Assembly (NCBI RefSeq): GCF_001194135.2
Contig: NC_068988.1
Location: 13,152,269 to 13,216,268 of the forward strand
DNA length: 64,000 bases
Source of the DNA: Octopus bimaculoides
Lineage: Eukaryota
Direction of reading: 5' to 3'
Part shown: positions 1 through 14,060 of the stretch, piece by piece
Layout of the letters: each line of letters starts with the position of its first letter
Position numbering within the stretch: the first letter of the stretch is position 1
The notes under the pieces: model-generated
What the model was told of the DNA's origin: nothing
Databases searched by the model: none
What the model saw: only the letters and a program-made list of their open reading frames with translations
Position numbers and translations under genes: made by a program

Positions 1-380
1 GCTAAATAAACCTGTCGCCTAGCCTCCCTTCTGGCACATTGGTACAATTCCCTGCTACCACTGTTCTTCCAGTCCTTCCAAGCTTGTTTCTTTTGTCTAA
101 TAGCCCTGTCTACCTCCTTGTTCCACCACCACGTTACTCTGGGTTGGGAGGGGACCTTACACCACCCACAAATCTGGTCGGTGGCTTTCAACAGGTTGTC
201 CCGCAGAAATCTCCAGTTGTCTTCCACGTTGTATGATGCTATATCCCCTTCTATTTCGTTAAATGCTTCAAGTAACTTGTCTCTAAGTCTCTGTCCGTTT
301 GCAGGGTCTTTAAGCTTCCACACCCTTCTTCTCCAAGCCTGTCTAATTCTGGGCACCCATTTTGCCTTGATCCCAAAGTC
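1..380 (-). mobile_element. RTE-clade LINE ORF2 fragment (endonuclease-RT linker), young, runs off the window edge
   Basis: Minus-strand translation DFGIKAKWVPRIRQAWRRRVWKLKDPANGQRLRDKLLEAF...NWRFLRDNLLKAT, one frameshift, then DQICGWCKVPSQPRVTWWWNKEVDRAIRQKKQAWKDWK...ARREARRQVYLA. The WWWN/W..WK pattern is typical of the RTE linker. CpGs are retained. Confidence 0.85.
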
Positions 381-1072
381 ATATATAATTTAATAAAAAT
401 ACAACAAATGGAAATATTATAAAAACATAACAAACAGAAAATTCTTAGCTTATTCCTCATCAGTCAATGTCTAAAAGATCATCACAATTTCACACCTATA
501 TATATATTATTGTCAGTCACCCATCTTCGTGTCACCATATGTTCTGTATAAAATAGTATCAGCTAGTTGCAAGTCTTCACTAAACGGTTTTTAATTCAGA
601 GGTTTTCTCCTCTGAGATGGATTGTCTTCACTACTACTAGTGAGCACCCTTGACTATACTGGATGACTGTTTACTCTCCTGAACTCCCCAACCCTTTGAC
701 AAGTCTTGCTTTTCATCCTGAAAGCTGTTCAAAAATTATCCCTATATATATAAATGTGTGGAGAAAGCAAATACTCGCAATAAAAAAATGGAGGAGAACA
801 TTGTCTTTAAACTAGTACAGGCAATAATAAAGAAAGCACAGTTTGTTATTATAAAAAATACTAATGGTTGACTGCAGCTGAAACCTCAGTGGTGGTTGAC
901 CCCAACCAGCCTTCAGCTACAAGGATTGGCATATATTCATTCATTCGTTCAATTGTTAACTAACGGTTAGTATCTCTCTTGAGGATTGTCTACATTAATT
1001 TATTTTAGTCTATCCTAAACATCTACTTGTTTATAACTGCTTGCAGAACACAGGGAAAATGTCCATGAACAT

Positions 1073-1590
1073 CATCATCGCTTTACATTTTATTTTTTAT
1101 TGCTGGCATAGGTTGGATGTGTTTGCTCCAGCATAGTTGCATTCCCTCATCATATACTTTGTGAGGTCCAACATCCTGATGTTAAACCTTGCCACATCTA
1201 ACCTCTTTTACTGTCCATACTTTCTGCCGGTCTCTTCCACTTAATTCATTTGATATTTCTTCACCCAAAGATGATCTTTGGATCTCTTAATACTTCTTTA
1301 CCTGAAGGTCATCTTCTATATGTAATATAATGCTTGTACTAGTGCAATATTCTCATGCATACTACTGCAGTCAGTGCCCATATCTCATTACCATGCAATA
1401 TCATATGTTGTATACAAGCATTACATACTTTCCTCCTCACTCAGAGAAGCCTTTTGTTACCAACAAAATTACGATATATCCCTGAACTTTTTCCATCTCA
1501 TCCTTATTCTGGCAGCTCTGCTTTTGTAACAATTGCCTCCACTACTAATTGGGTCTCCCAAGTAACAGAAGCTGTCAACAAATAAATTTA
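1073..1590 (-). mobile_element. Decayed RTE LINE 3' end with 3' UTR
   Basis: Minus translation DSFCYLGDPISSGG...ARIRMRWKKFRD...HGNEIWALTA matches the post-RT region of RTE. The 3' UTR (ATCCAACCTATGCCAGCA, then a GATGATGAT tail) matches the RTE-tail repeat seen elsewhere in the window. Confidence 0.75.
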
Positions 1591-2329
1591 ATATTGCAAT
1601 TTGGGAATAATGACGTTGTTGGCTACAGGTCTCCAACGGCCCAGTCATTGAATTGCTGCATCTGATGACAAAGAAGTGTTGTTCTAGTTATAAACATTTT
1701 ACTGATGTTTATAACTGCACACACACGCGTGTGCACACATGCAAACACACTCTCTTTCTTTCTCTCTCTCGCTCTCGCTATCTCATNNNNNNNNNNNNNN
1801 NNNNNNNNNNNNNNNNNNNNNNNNNNNNNNNNNNNNNNNTATATATATATATATATATATAAACAGGCCATAGTAAGAGATACTTGTGCAAGATACCATG
1901 CAGTATGATTAAGTCTGAAACCATGTGGTTGCTTTCCTTGCCAACATACCCTTAATAACCATTTCAACGATATAACAGTCAAACTTGATAGCTTGTAAGC
2001 TCATTATCACTGGAACACTAGCTATAATCTTTTTTATGGCATACAGTTATGTACATTTATGTTCTAAGTTTAAATACTGATTAACTTTGTCTTTTGTATT
2101 ACAAGAATCAATAAAATGTGTGCCAGTCAACAATTGAGGTCTGATATGATTGCTCATACCCTCTTTGAAAAAATCACTAATAATATATCAGGGTCAATTC
2201 AGTAGACCTTGCTCTTTCAAATTTCGCTTGTACTAATAGCCAATAAAAAAAGAACAAGAAGTTCACAATCTCTTATTTCTCCTTCCTTATAACCATAGGG
2301 CTTCAAGCTTAATTAAAAAATTATCTCTA

Positions 2330-2900
2330 CATTATTATTATTGAATGCCTTTGATTTAATAGCTCAGAATTTTTTTTTATCATTCCTAGTATATGGGTTA
2401 AAAGCCATATTTTAAAATTCTTTTTCTTTTACTGTGTCAGGTTCCTTAGGGAAACTTGCTTTCTTTGCAAAAGCATTTCATGCTTCATTAAGGTTTCCTA
2501 TTGATTATATCAATAAAATCATGTCTTGAGATTTAGTGATCCTTCAATTTCAAAAATTTTGAGAAGTACTATTGTTGAATAGTAGGTGATATAGTTTTCT
2601 TCAACATCCTTTCATTTTCAGTTTTTCTCATAATCTTTTGAACATTTGTTTGGGTATTATTATTCCAAGCATTTCCTTCTGTTTTCATGTTCCAGAATTT
2701 TCTTACTTCTCTGAACAAATTCAGTTTTCTTGTAATCTTTCTGGTTTATTTTACTTTTGATTCAAGTATCATGTCACATCATATATAAGCAGAGTTTTCT
2801 GTTATGGTTCTATCCAGTATCTTTGCATGCTCATTTTTCCTTGATAAATGTCACAGCAGCTAACAATCTCAGACATGAAGTTCAGTGCACCATTATATAA
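2330..2900 (-). mobile_element. Highly decayed R4/Dong-like (REL-endonuclease) LINE 3' fragment
   Basis: Minus-strand pieces NRKLCLY and REVRKFWNMKT resemble the C-terminal D..P.D...K...EI.RLW.MKT region. There is an (AAT)n tail at about 2331-2342 in the matching orientation, and many stops. Confidence 0.45.
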
Positions 2901-2970
2901 GACTAAATCAGAATAATAATAATAATACTGAAAATTAAACTAAATTATTGCTGTTTTTTTAGTAATTATT

Positions 2971-3165
2971 AAAAAGGTTCTCCTTGAAGATGAAAGGAAA
3001 GGTCTATAGGAGTTGTGTGAGAGCTGCAATGCTGTCTGGGAGTGAGACATGGTGTTTGAGGGAGAGAGAGATGGCAATTTTGAGAAGGACTGAGAGAGCA
3101 ATGATGAGAGAAATGTGTGGCATGAGGCTGTTTGATAAGAGGCTGTTTGAGGTAAATGGACAGTG
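2971..3165 (+). mobile_element. RTE LINE ORF2 fragment (post-RT region)
   Basis: KRFSLKMKGKVYRSCVRAAMLSGSETWCLREREMAILRRTERAMMREMCGMRL matches the RTE motif KGK.Y..CVR.AM.YGSETW. Confidence 0.8.
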
Positions 3166-3534
3166 AAAGCGAGGTAGACTGAGGAAAATGTGGAGGGGAC
3201 AGGTGGAGGAGGAGATTGGGAGGGTTGGCTTGAGAAGGGAGGACGCCCAAAACCAGGCAAGATGGTGAGATGGTGTGAGGGCAGTTGCTATGGCATTGAA
3301 GGAGATTTAGTTGCTATTTCTAGTAGGTCAAACATTCATGCAGAGGCTCATTCATTGGCTTGTGTAAGAGTGAATAGAATAATATAACAATTTATATTTA
3401 GTAATGGTAATATCTGTGTCTACAATACTGTTTTAGTTTTTTTCTTTTTTGATCTCTTGCCACTAAATGAAAATCTTGCCTTGTAGTCATATTATAATGT
3501 CAGATAAAATGTGTTTCCTTATTTAATTCAGTCA

Positions 3535-3720
3535 TGCAAAAATGCTTAGCGACATTTCTTCCAGCTCTTTACACTTTAGTTCAAACTGTGCTGTGTTCAA
3601 TTTGATTTTTCATCCTTTCAAGGTCAATGGAATAAAGTATCAGTCAAGTTCTGAGATCAATGGTATCAACTAATCCCATCCCCTCAAACCTGCTGGCCTT
3701 GTGCCAGAATTTGAAACTAC
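3535..3720 (+). mobile_element. SINE family B copy (decayed)
   Basis: Shares the core GTTCAA..T...GA.TTT..CTT(T)CATCCTTTC..GGTC.AT..AATAAAGTA.CAG with the other family B copies. Confidence 0.6.
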
Positions 3721-4479
3721 TATTTAATGTAGTCCCTTCTCTGTGTAAATTCAAACATACTGGGATTCAATCCTCTTCTTTCCCTTTCCTCTGGAGGTAA
3801 TTAAAGCTATCTCAGTACTTGATTGGTGTTTATTTTATTGAGTCTGGAATGATGAAAGGTAGGAACTGATCTTAAAGGGACATGAGCAAATACCACAAGG
3901 TATTAAGTCTAATACTTTCTGACATTCTGTTAACATTTGGTAGAATCAGTACACTTCTGGTGAAGATTATAGACTACTGAACTGGTTTCAATATATAACT
4001 GGTACTCATTCAGATCCATACTCTCTTCACCATTCATACTATATATATATAAATCTTGCTAGCAGATACTTTGTGAGACTGTACCATCATCTTACTCATC
4101 TCAACACAGTTACCATATTTACTGGTGTTTAAAATGCACTTTTTTGTTTTAAAATGTATCAAAAACTTGCCCTGCCAACATGAAAGGCAGATGTTAAATG
4201 ATGATAATTATGATGATGGAAAGTGAGTGAATAAAATGGACACCACTGATGTATAGGAGTCATTCCCTTTTACTGTACTCCATTCCTACAAATTTAATAT
4301 TTTGTACCAAAATTAGAAATGGTGACAACAAATGTAGCAGTAACATTTCCAAAATGGTACAGTGCTGGATACCTTGCCAAAGCAGACTATATATTCTCTT
4401 CCAATGATTATCATTGTCGTACAAGCAGTGTCATTCATTTCCAATATACTGCAAGAACATATCTGGCCATGAAGAAATA

Positions 4480-4625
4480 TTACCTTGCTCGGAAACAAGT
4501 GAAGGTTGGCATTAGAAAGAGCATCCAGCCATAGAAAATCTGGCTCAGTTAGCTTTGTCTGATCCATACAAGCATGGAAACATGGGCAGTAAAATGATAA
4601 CGACAATGATGATGATGTAGCTACC
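4480..4625 (+). repeat. RTE-3'-UTR-derived tail repeat
   Basis: GGCATTAGAAAGAGCATCCAGCCATAGAAA...GCATGGAAA...ATGATGATGAT. The same module occurs at about 15920-16290 (-), 17275-17460 (-), 41085-41190 (-), 45960-46070 (+), 59450-59530 (-) and 60808-60995 (-). Confidence 0.6.
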
Positions 4626-5240
4626 ATGAACTGGGGTTAATTTTATTAGTTACGTGTCCTTTCCTCAAAAGTTTGTAGCCTTGTGCAAGTGTTTGGCAGA
4701 AAGAGCAGTATGTAGATTGGCAGAATTCATAGTGTGTTAGACTTGATACATTGCAGTATTTTATTTAATGTTCCTTAACGTTCGAAATTCAATTCCTGCT
4801 TGGTTCAATCTCTGTGTTTCATCCTTCTGGGGTCAATGAAATAAGAGCTTGCCAAGTGTTGAATTTGATTTAACTGACTGTATTTCAATCCTTAAATGCT
4901 TGTGGCCTTTGCACTTAAGTTTTAAAGACCATTATTAATATTGCTTTTGTTGTGTTAATAGTAGTGTTAGTATTTAATTCAGAATATTTAGAAATATATT
5001 GAATTGTTAATGTTTTTGCATTAAATTACAAGTTCATCACTAGCCACCCTTAAGTAAAATCAGATGCAGTAACTCTTAAATATTCATACAATACAATATA
5101 TATATATGTATGTATATATATATGTATATATATATATATACATATATATATATTCACCCATAGATTTTTGTGAAACTAACCTATCTTCTTACTCATCTCT
5201 GCACATTTACTACTCTGTCTAAATACCCTTTCATACACAT

Positions 5241-5243
<3 letters not shown>

Positions 5244-5290
<47 letters not shown>
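5244..5290. repeat. (CA)n microsatellite
   Basis: Pure dinucleotide run. Confidence 0.95.
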
Positions 5291-5293
<3 letters not shown>

Positions 5294-6225
5294 TACTCAT
5301 ACACATACAAACTTGCACTCTCACACAATCAATCACACTCCCTCACATACACCCACATTCTCTCTCTATCAACCAACCACCCTATCCCTTCTCCGTCCAC
5401 TTAAAGTGGTCTGTGTATTGGAATAGCTTCCAGCAATCAATATCCTGAAACAGTGGCCATTTTGTTTTGGCATCAATGCAAGTTGGTAGATTCCAATAGC
5501 ATCACTGCAGGTATCGTGGTGGTGGCTGTATTATTGCTAGCCTCTCACATCACTGGACTGAATCAGTATTGCATTGCTGTATCTAGCACCAAACAAGGAA
5601 GCTTATATTTCTTAGCTGTTAATAATCACCATGGACAGTAATTTGGTAATTATTATTGTTTGATTCTTGATTTAAATTATTAGATTTATACAAAAAGAAA
5701 AAACAAATCTAGTGAAATTAAAAGCAAATTTTAAAATTTCACGCATTAAAAAAAAACAGTCATTTTCATATATATATATTTTATTTCAAGTTGAGAATTT
5801 TAACATAATTTACTGCTCCAAGTTATTCATGGCAGGCCACTCCCAGTGAGAAACTTGCAGTAGTATAAGATATGTTATATTGTATTTTTCAACTTGAAAA
5901 TATAGATTCACTGTTTAATATTGAAAACTCATTGTTTGTATTAGACAAATAAAGCAACTACTACAAAATATTACATATGAAAATTAGTTGAAATTTTGGT
6001 ATTTATTTTTCTGTCTATTTTTTTTCTTTATAAGCATTTCAATTAATGTTGTAAAATAAACATTACATATGATGTGTGTGTGTGTGTGTGTGCGTCCCCA
6101 ATGTTTAGATTACAAATATACATGTACAATATAAATATATACACACACACGCACACACACAGAATTATCTGACAAGCCACTACCGGTATAATTTCGAAGT
6201 TAGTTATCTTGATAGCATTTTAATT

Positions 6226-6227
<2 letters not shown>

Positions 6228-6307
<80 letters not shown>
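6228..6307. repeat. (CA)n microsatellite, about 40 units
   Basis: Pure dinucleotide run. Confidence 0.95.
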
Positions 6308-6309
<2 letters not shown>

Positions 6310-6811
6310 TCTCACAGAAATATGTACAAATTTAAGTGAATTTCAGCTCATAGTTTTGCAAACACAGACATACAGTGTCACAAGTCAGTTTGTAAATCAT
6401 GTTAATATTATCATTTGCATACATACATTATTTTAAATATCCAGAAAATTTTGGTTTGTCTACAAATACATTTTGTTTCCATTATATTAAAATATATTGA
6501 TTTCTAGCAGAGACATATTGCCTTTAAATATAAAGCAAAATTGATTTGCTGACACAATTTTGTATTTTGGCAATATTTTATACTTGTTTGCTAATTATTT
6601 TTATTCATATTTTAATTTCGTCCTTGAAATTTGGATGAGAGACTGATTAACTGTTCATACTAATTTTTATTTCAGTATAATGCATTTTCATGTTTTAAAT
6701 CTTGTTCTGAATACAAGTTAAAAAGTTGTTTCTTTTCTGCCTATGCATACATGTATTCACATAACTACACCAGTGTGTGTGTGTGTGTGTGTGTGTGTGT
6801 TCATACTTTGT

Positions 6812-7031
6812 CCCTTTAATGTTTAAACTGGCCATATCCGACTCAAATATTCCAACTGTTTTATGTTCAAACTGGCAAGATTCAGCCTCTTACACCTACC
6901 CTACAATGTCATTCTAAATCTAAACAAACACACCATCGAAATCTCAAAGCTACTACATAATGCAAGATTAATTCAAAACAACATGAATAAATAAGCATTA
7001 GATTTAACAGAGTAATCTGAATGCTAAAGGG
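6812..7031. mobile_element. MITE with CCCTTT termini (piggyBac-like, decayed)
   Basis: Left end CCCTTTAATGTT versus right-end reverse complement CCCTTTAGCATT. The right flank is TTAT. No coding capacity. Confidence 0.5.
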
Positions 7032-7173
7032 TTATATAATGAATAAACAACACCACATAGATACAATTGATATGAAAATATTTTAAAAGGAACACATACA
7101 AATACAATTGCTGTGAAATGGTAAAAGTTAAATATTTCCTTAAATGTGAAAATATTTTGAATTACATATATAG

Positions 7174-7248
<75 letters not shown>

Positions 7249-7275
7249 AGTGTGCATATATTATATGTATACATT

Positions 7276-7690
7276 GGCATAGGTGTGGCCTTGTGGTTAA
7301 GAAGCTTGCTTGCTAAGCATGTGGTTTTTGGTTCAGTCCTACTGTGTAGTATTTTGAGCAAATGCTTTTTATAGCCTTGGGCCAGCCAAAACCTTATGAG
7401 TGAATTTGGTAGACAGAAACTGGAAAGTGCTTCATTTATATATGTATATGTGTTTGTGTGTGTACCTTTGGCTTGACATCATGTGATGGTGGTTATACAT
7501 GAGCATCGCAATTATACAGATGTTGTTCAATTCCAGTTTCCTGTAACAAAAACATGTCTAGCCATGAGGAGATATTTGAGGGTTGATGATAGGAGGAGCA
7601 TCTGGCCATAGACAATTTGCCTTAGCAAATTCTGTCTAACTCATGCAAGCATGGAAAAGTGAACACTAACTGGTGGTGATTGTGATGATA
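7276..7690 (+). mobile_element. tRNA-derived SINE family A (head + microsatellite + RTE-derived tail)
   Basis: Head GGCATAGGTGTGGCCTTGTGGTTAAGAAGC...GGTTCAGTCC (A-box and B-box-like), body GGATTTGGTAGAC.GAAACTG, TA/TG tract, then the RTE-tail module. Confidence 0.75.
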
Positions 7691-10600
7691 ATGTGTATGT
7701 GTATAATTATAATTAAATGAAATTTTGAATTTAAGTTCATTGATAAAATGTAATCCATTATGTCAATCCATCGCTCTCTCTCTCTCTCCCTTGCACACAC
7801 ACACACACACACACACAGAAGCACTCTTGCTTACACACAATTGTCACACACGTTGCTCCTTTTTTTGTTCAAGGAATTCACACTATCTTAAGAGTATGAA
7901 ATGAATGTGCATGGTCTTGTATGAAAACACCAGAGATTTACAACAGATTTTGTTAAGTTGGAAATATTTTGTCCCGGATGTAATTGTTGGTATAGATAGA
8001 AATATATATGTCCTCATTAGCCCTTTAATCTATATATGTCTATGTATAGACATGTGTATGTGTGACTACTTTGTAGCTTAAGATGTAGTTACAGCTACCA
8101 CAATTATAGAGGCATATTTTGGCCAATAGGAATGAGTTAAATACTTTCTCATGTTGGTATCTGGAGAAGTTAGGATACTAATGTTAAATTCAGTAAATGC
8201 ATTAATTATAACCATTGAATTATATAAATTGTATTGAATTTTAGAATAATTTCTGCACTGCTTATTATTATTAATTTTCTTTAACAGTTTTGTTTTAAGT
8301 TATTGATATATAATAATTTTATATGCAAGTTCTGTGTACATACACATGTGCATGTACATATATGGTAATAGTTATATATTGAAACCAATTCATTTATAGA
8401 TTATCTTTACAAATTGATTTAAATCCAGCAAGATACTAATTATTCCATGTATTTTTCCATTAAATATAGTCAGTAAAATACAAAGATATATTGTGAGATT
8501 CAAGCATTAAGTACAATTTTAGGGAATAATATTATCATAATTTTTTTTTTTTTGACACTTGCTTTAATTTCTGCATTGGTGAAAACAGAAGAGCCCACCC
8601 TTCTGCTGTCTTTATCATCGAGTTATAGATTTATACTCATGTTTTAGTTAAATGTGTGAATAAATCACCAGATATGAATAGTTTGATTAAATGCAGATAA
8701 TCCAGATGATTTCAGCAATATTTTGAGTACATTCATATCACTTTAAATTTTCCCTAACTAGTAATAGTATTTTTACCATTTTCATTTGTGTCAAAATTCA
8801 AAATATTAAATCAGGAATATCTTATAAAAGAAAATTATTTAAAACTAAATAATGCTTTTTTAAAAGTTTTTTTTAATTGTTTGTTTGTTTAAAAAGTAGG
8901 TTAAGAATTAATTTTGTTTAAGTTTTACTGTCATTTTATTTTTACAAATTCAAGAAAAAAAAAGAAATGTCTGCTTGATAAGGAAGGAAGAGAAAATTTC
9001 ATGACTAACATAAAAATCTTTATTAAAATATGAAGTGCGTAATTTATTTTTTGATTATTGGAAGAAATTTAGCCAAGAACTATTTTATTGTATTTCCATT
9101 AATAAAATTTAATTATTAAGAGGAAAATAACCTTATTTATAACTTTTCTTGCATATGCATAGCAGCCTACCAGTAAATCTGTGTTGAATACATCAAATCA
9201 ATAATGACAATCTCAAAGTACACTTTGTACTAATCATCTTTACTTATTTGAGAAATTTTTTCCTCCTTTAAGATTTCTTGTTTCCTAATGAAATATAAAT
9301 GATCAATGTAGATATTATGCACATTATCTCTTTTATCTCTTTGTCTCTCTTTTGTCTGGTTAGGAAGGAAAATTGACATTTAGTGAGAAACTGATTTAAA
9401 AAATATGGTCACCAGCTAAATATAGATGTGTTATATTTGCCAGTTTGAAAAAATGAAAATATACATAATAAAAGTAAAACTATTATGTTTAATTTAAACT
9501 TCATTGATTATCTTTGAAGATTACTTATAAGAAATAAACTATAGCAAAGTAGGTTGTATACATATAATTATTCACAATAACCATCATTGTTTAATAATTG
9601 CTGTCAGTGTTCTAGCAAAATCATGATTTAGAACAGTAAAACTATTTTATTTTTCATTAAATATGATTTACTGATGCAATGCGTCAGATTAAATAGGTCT
9701 TATTCACAGAATAATTGTTATAATAATTAGAGAATTAGAGATAGTATTTGTAATTAGTTTGCCAAGCACTGATACACAACATATGACGTAGCTTTATAGA
9801 CTATTAATTCATCTTGAATAGCATTGAATATTAGGATATTCTTAAATGTTGGATGGGTTTTTTTCTTTCTTTTTCTTTTTTTTTTTATTGCATTACTAAT
9901 CAAATGTTTTGTGCCTGGTGTTGGTACCCTTTTTTCGCTGGGTAACCTTCATTTTGCTTCACAGAAAATGGCTCTATATTAACTTCCCAGTTCAGTTGTT
10001 AATTGTAAGGAATGCAGTTGTAAGATATTTCAATAATTCATACTAATAATCACAGAACCATCCAATGTATGTTATTGGAGTTAAAAAATTGGAGTAAAAT
10101 GTATTACCTAGAATAGAAATGACATGGATAGACATCAAAATGATTATCTCTTTCTGTAACTGTGGAACAACTGACTTTTAAAAATCCTTTCAAAAAATAT
10201 ACTTACATCAAGAAATGGGGAAATGTACAAAATATCTCCTGTACTATTTATTAGCGACTTTCTAAATTTAAATTGTTTCCCTTAAGTAAGTTTAGTGTCT
10301 CAGTGGATGATGTAAATGCATCAATCAAAAGAAGTTGGAACAAGCATAGAATATACCTATAAAAGAATGAACTGAAATGGTAAAAAAAGATTATCAAGAG
10401 AATTCCTGTCTAGCTCTTATCTCTGGCAGTGATAATTATGAATGTGTACATTTCTTTAAGTGGTTGTTTAATGGCATTACAACAATAATGAACAGTTAAA
10501 CTTTCAATTATATATGCATCAGCTCTTTGATATGCAGCTAAGAGATTCATTTAACTTCTCTTCATGTTGATTCTCTAATAGTTAACAACAGCCTTCGTTG

Positions 10601-11059
10601 TAGAGAGAGAGCATAGAAAGACAATATTTTTGTTGGCAGAACCAGTATAATGGCAGTATGTTTCCTGGAGCATTTCTGACGTGTCTGGGGGATTCTCTTC
10701 ATGAACCAAACTACTACCATCACCATCAATACAAATGACTCCAAATGTCAGTTAGTTGATGTGCTTTCTAGATGTTTAATTGAGAATTGTGCCTCTTCAT
10801 AGCTGTTTTCATTTTATGTGTGCATTACATCCTGGCTATATCAAGAATCCAATCTTTTCCTAAAACACACTTACACATCACTCCTTTATTTTAAACCCAC
10901 TTTAGGGCAGATACATTCTTACACTTGCATATACACACTTGCTCCTGCACCCACCTTTATAGAACAGCATTCCCACCTGGTTTCTAACCTTTCATGTGTT
11001 TTTTTTTTCCCTCTATCTTTTACTGACTATTTCTCTTTCTCAATCACCTTATGTTCTTC

Positions 11060-11095
11060 TCTTCTGATGAAGGACTGATGTCTGAAACGTTAAGA
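11060..11095 (+). ncRNA. Minimal type I hammerhead ribozyme motif
   Basis: TCTT-CTGATGA-A-GGAC-TGAT-GTCT-GAAAC-GTT-AAGA. It has the full CUGANGA and GAAA core, a 4-bp stem II, a 4-bp stem I (TCTT/AAGA), a palindromic AACGTT stem III and a GUU cleavage triplet. Confidence 0.75.
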
Positions 11096-12344
11096 CACTT
11101 TCTATTGCTACTTATGTTAATACTTTATTTGTGAAACTTTGTCCCTTTTGTCCTTGTATATTGTTCATTCTGTTTACACCACCCTCGTATATTTTGTAGG
11201 TCTTTCACTAACAGTTGACTATGATGCACTTTACATGGCATTTTTGTGTAATCTAACCTGGTTTTTCATGGGAAATGATGTTTGACAATTCTGATGATGA
11301 TCAAGTCATGACTTACGAATCTACTATATAATACTACATAACTTGCAAATATTTTGTACATTATTTTGTTTATGCTTTATATATTATTATTAAAAGATCC
11401 TATTTATTAATCTAGTGTGATTTTATGGAATTTATTTCCCTAAAGATTTTGTAAACCCACCAAAGGTTTTTATTCTAATTTCATTTTTGCCATTGTGTAT
11501 TATTTATTACTTTCCAATACACATTTTCTTCAATATAATCTCATTACCAATTTAGGTTATTCATTCTTGAATTCTTATAATAAAGAAATGCTGTAAAAAT
11601 AGATTTATCATATTGGGAAAAGGATTTGAAAATGCATATCACATTTGCATCTTAAAAACATTATTCTTATTGTAATCTTTAATGTGTGACCTTTCTAAAA
11701 TAATGTAAGAGACTGCCAAAGCTTATAATATAGAGTAAACTATTAAAACAGATATAAGCATTGTTATTTCCCATATATTTTGTAAGTTTTTTTTTGCATG
11801 TGAATGAAACAACTTGCTCAATGTGACCTGCATAACACCACTGGTATCCTAACTATAATAGTTTAAAAATCCTGTATTGAAAGTATAAATGCAAAGAGCA
11901 TGTGGTAAGAAACATCTATAATATAAATGAAGAAAATCACTAAATTTTCATTTTGTGACTGCTTTATGCTGGTCAGGGCCATAGTATAACTATGCAATTA
12001 TAAGCTACAATTGAAAGTCTGTTCTTAGTCCGGAGTTGTTATTCAGTAGACATTAGACAAGTTGTCCTAAGCCATTGATGCTATTTTTGGTTAATAAATC
12101 AAACAAGATGATATTGATTTCTTGTTCTCCAACAATCAATAAGTTTTTATCCATTTTGTAATTCACATATGCATACACACACGTGCACACATACACATGC
12201 TCAAACACCAAGCTTTCATTCATACTCACAGACATGCACAAAACAATCATAGGCACACAGATACATACACATGGACACTCTTCTATCATTTCCTCTCTAA
12301 CTCTTCACTTCCTCTACCTTGTATTTTCTCCTCCTCCCATGTCT

Positions 12345-12766
<422 letters not shown>

Positions 12767-13639
12767 GTTGGTGAGCAACAATCTTGTTGCACAGAAATAA
12801 TGTTCTTTTGCTATTATAAAGGTTCTTTTATTTATGCAAGTTGTAAAACAAGTTATGATTGAGAGAACATTTCACCATTGCCTTTGTTAGGCTGAGGAAA
12901 AAGAAGTTTGAGAATACAGACTAAGTGCAAAAGAGCAATAAACAACTAACATTAACACAAAAGAAGAAACCTGGATTGTTGATTTAATTATACCACAATT
13001 TTTAAAATTCATTAATAATCTTATTGTATAATTATTGATAAAACTGATTGTAATTACCATTCAATTTATCTTGATTACAATCATTGATTTAGAATTTTTT
13101 TTCAGTCATATCTTATGCAGCACAGTGGCAGTGATGTTAAGGTGCTAGACTGTTGTCGATCACGTGGTCAGGAGTTCAAAGCCACATTACTACAGTAACT
13201 GTATCAGAACATTAGGCAAGGCTTAGAATTTCTAGTTGCTTGAATGAATCAAGCTGAAAATTTTACAGTTGAGTGATTAAAGACATCTTCTGAAAACACT
13301 TTCAATAATTCACATTGAAATGTTCAAATTTATAGAAACATGCAAATTACGCTTGCATGGAAAACTGGATTGACAGCATTGAAAAATAATCTGTAGCTAA
13401 ACTAGATTTTATTATATTCATATACATCATGTTAAGATTGTGTTTTTCTTGTTATCAACACAGTATCCATTGGAATATCTCTAGTTTTTTTAACATAATG
13501 ATTATTATATTATAACATAATGATTATCTTATTACTATCATATATGTTATTAGGTCTAATTGCTTTTTAAATATGGATTTATAACTTGTTGGTGAATTAA
13601 ATGCACTGTTTGTGTTTTCGTTGTAATGTATTTTTAAAT

Positions 13640-13694
13640 GCACAGCTGACTAAATTTTTATGAGTGGATTTGGTAGACAGAAACCGAGAGAAAT

Positions 13695-13782
<88 letters not shown>

Positions 13783-14060
13783 GCACCATCTTGTGATCAT
13801 GCCTAAATAATGCACACACATACAGGATAATGTTGAATCATCTGCTGTGTGTGTGTGTGTGTCATATATATGTGTATATATATATTTATAATGTAGCTTT
13901 AGGAAGGGTATTAGTATTAGGAAAGGCATCCAGCTGTTGAAACCATGCCAAAGCAGACAGCAGAGTTTGGTGCAATCTTCTGACTTGACCGTTCCTGTTG
14001 AACTATCCAGCCCATGCCAGTATACAAAGCAGCTATTAAATAATGACAACAAGGATGGTG
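13640..14060 (+). mobile_element. 5'-truncated SINE family A with internal (TA)n(GA)n tract and RTE-derived tail
   Basis: GAGTGGATTTGGTAGACAGAAACCGAGAG, then a microsatellite, then AGGAAAGGCATCCAGCTGTTGAAACCATGCC...CCCATGCCAG. Confidence 0.65.

Noticed and set aside
11948-11997. Minus-strand similarity to miR-153 (TTGCATAGT ... GTCACAAAATGA)
   Set aside because: The match is split by about 30 unrelated nucleotides and I see no precursor hairpin.
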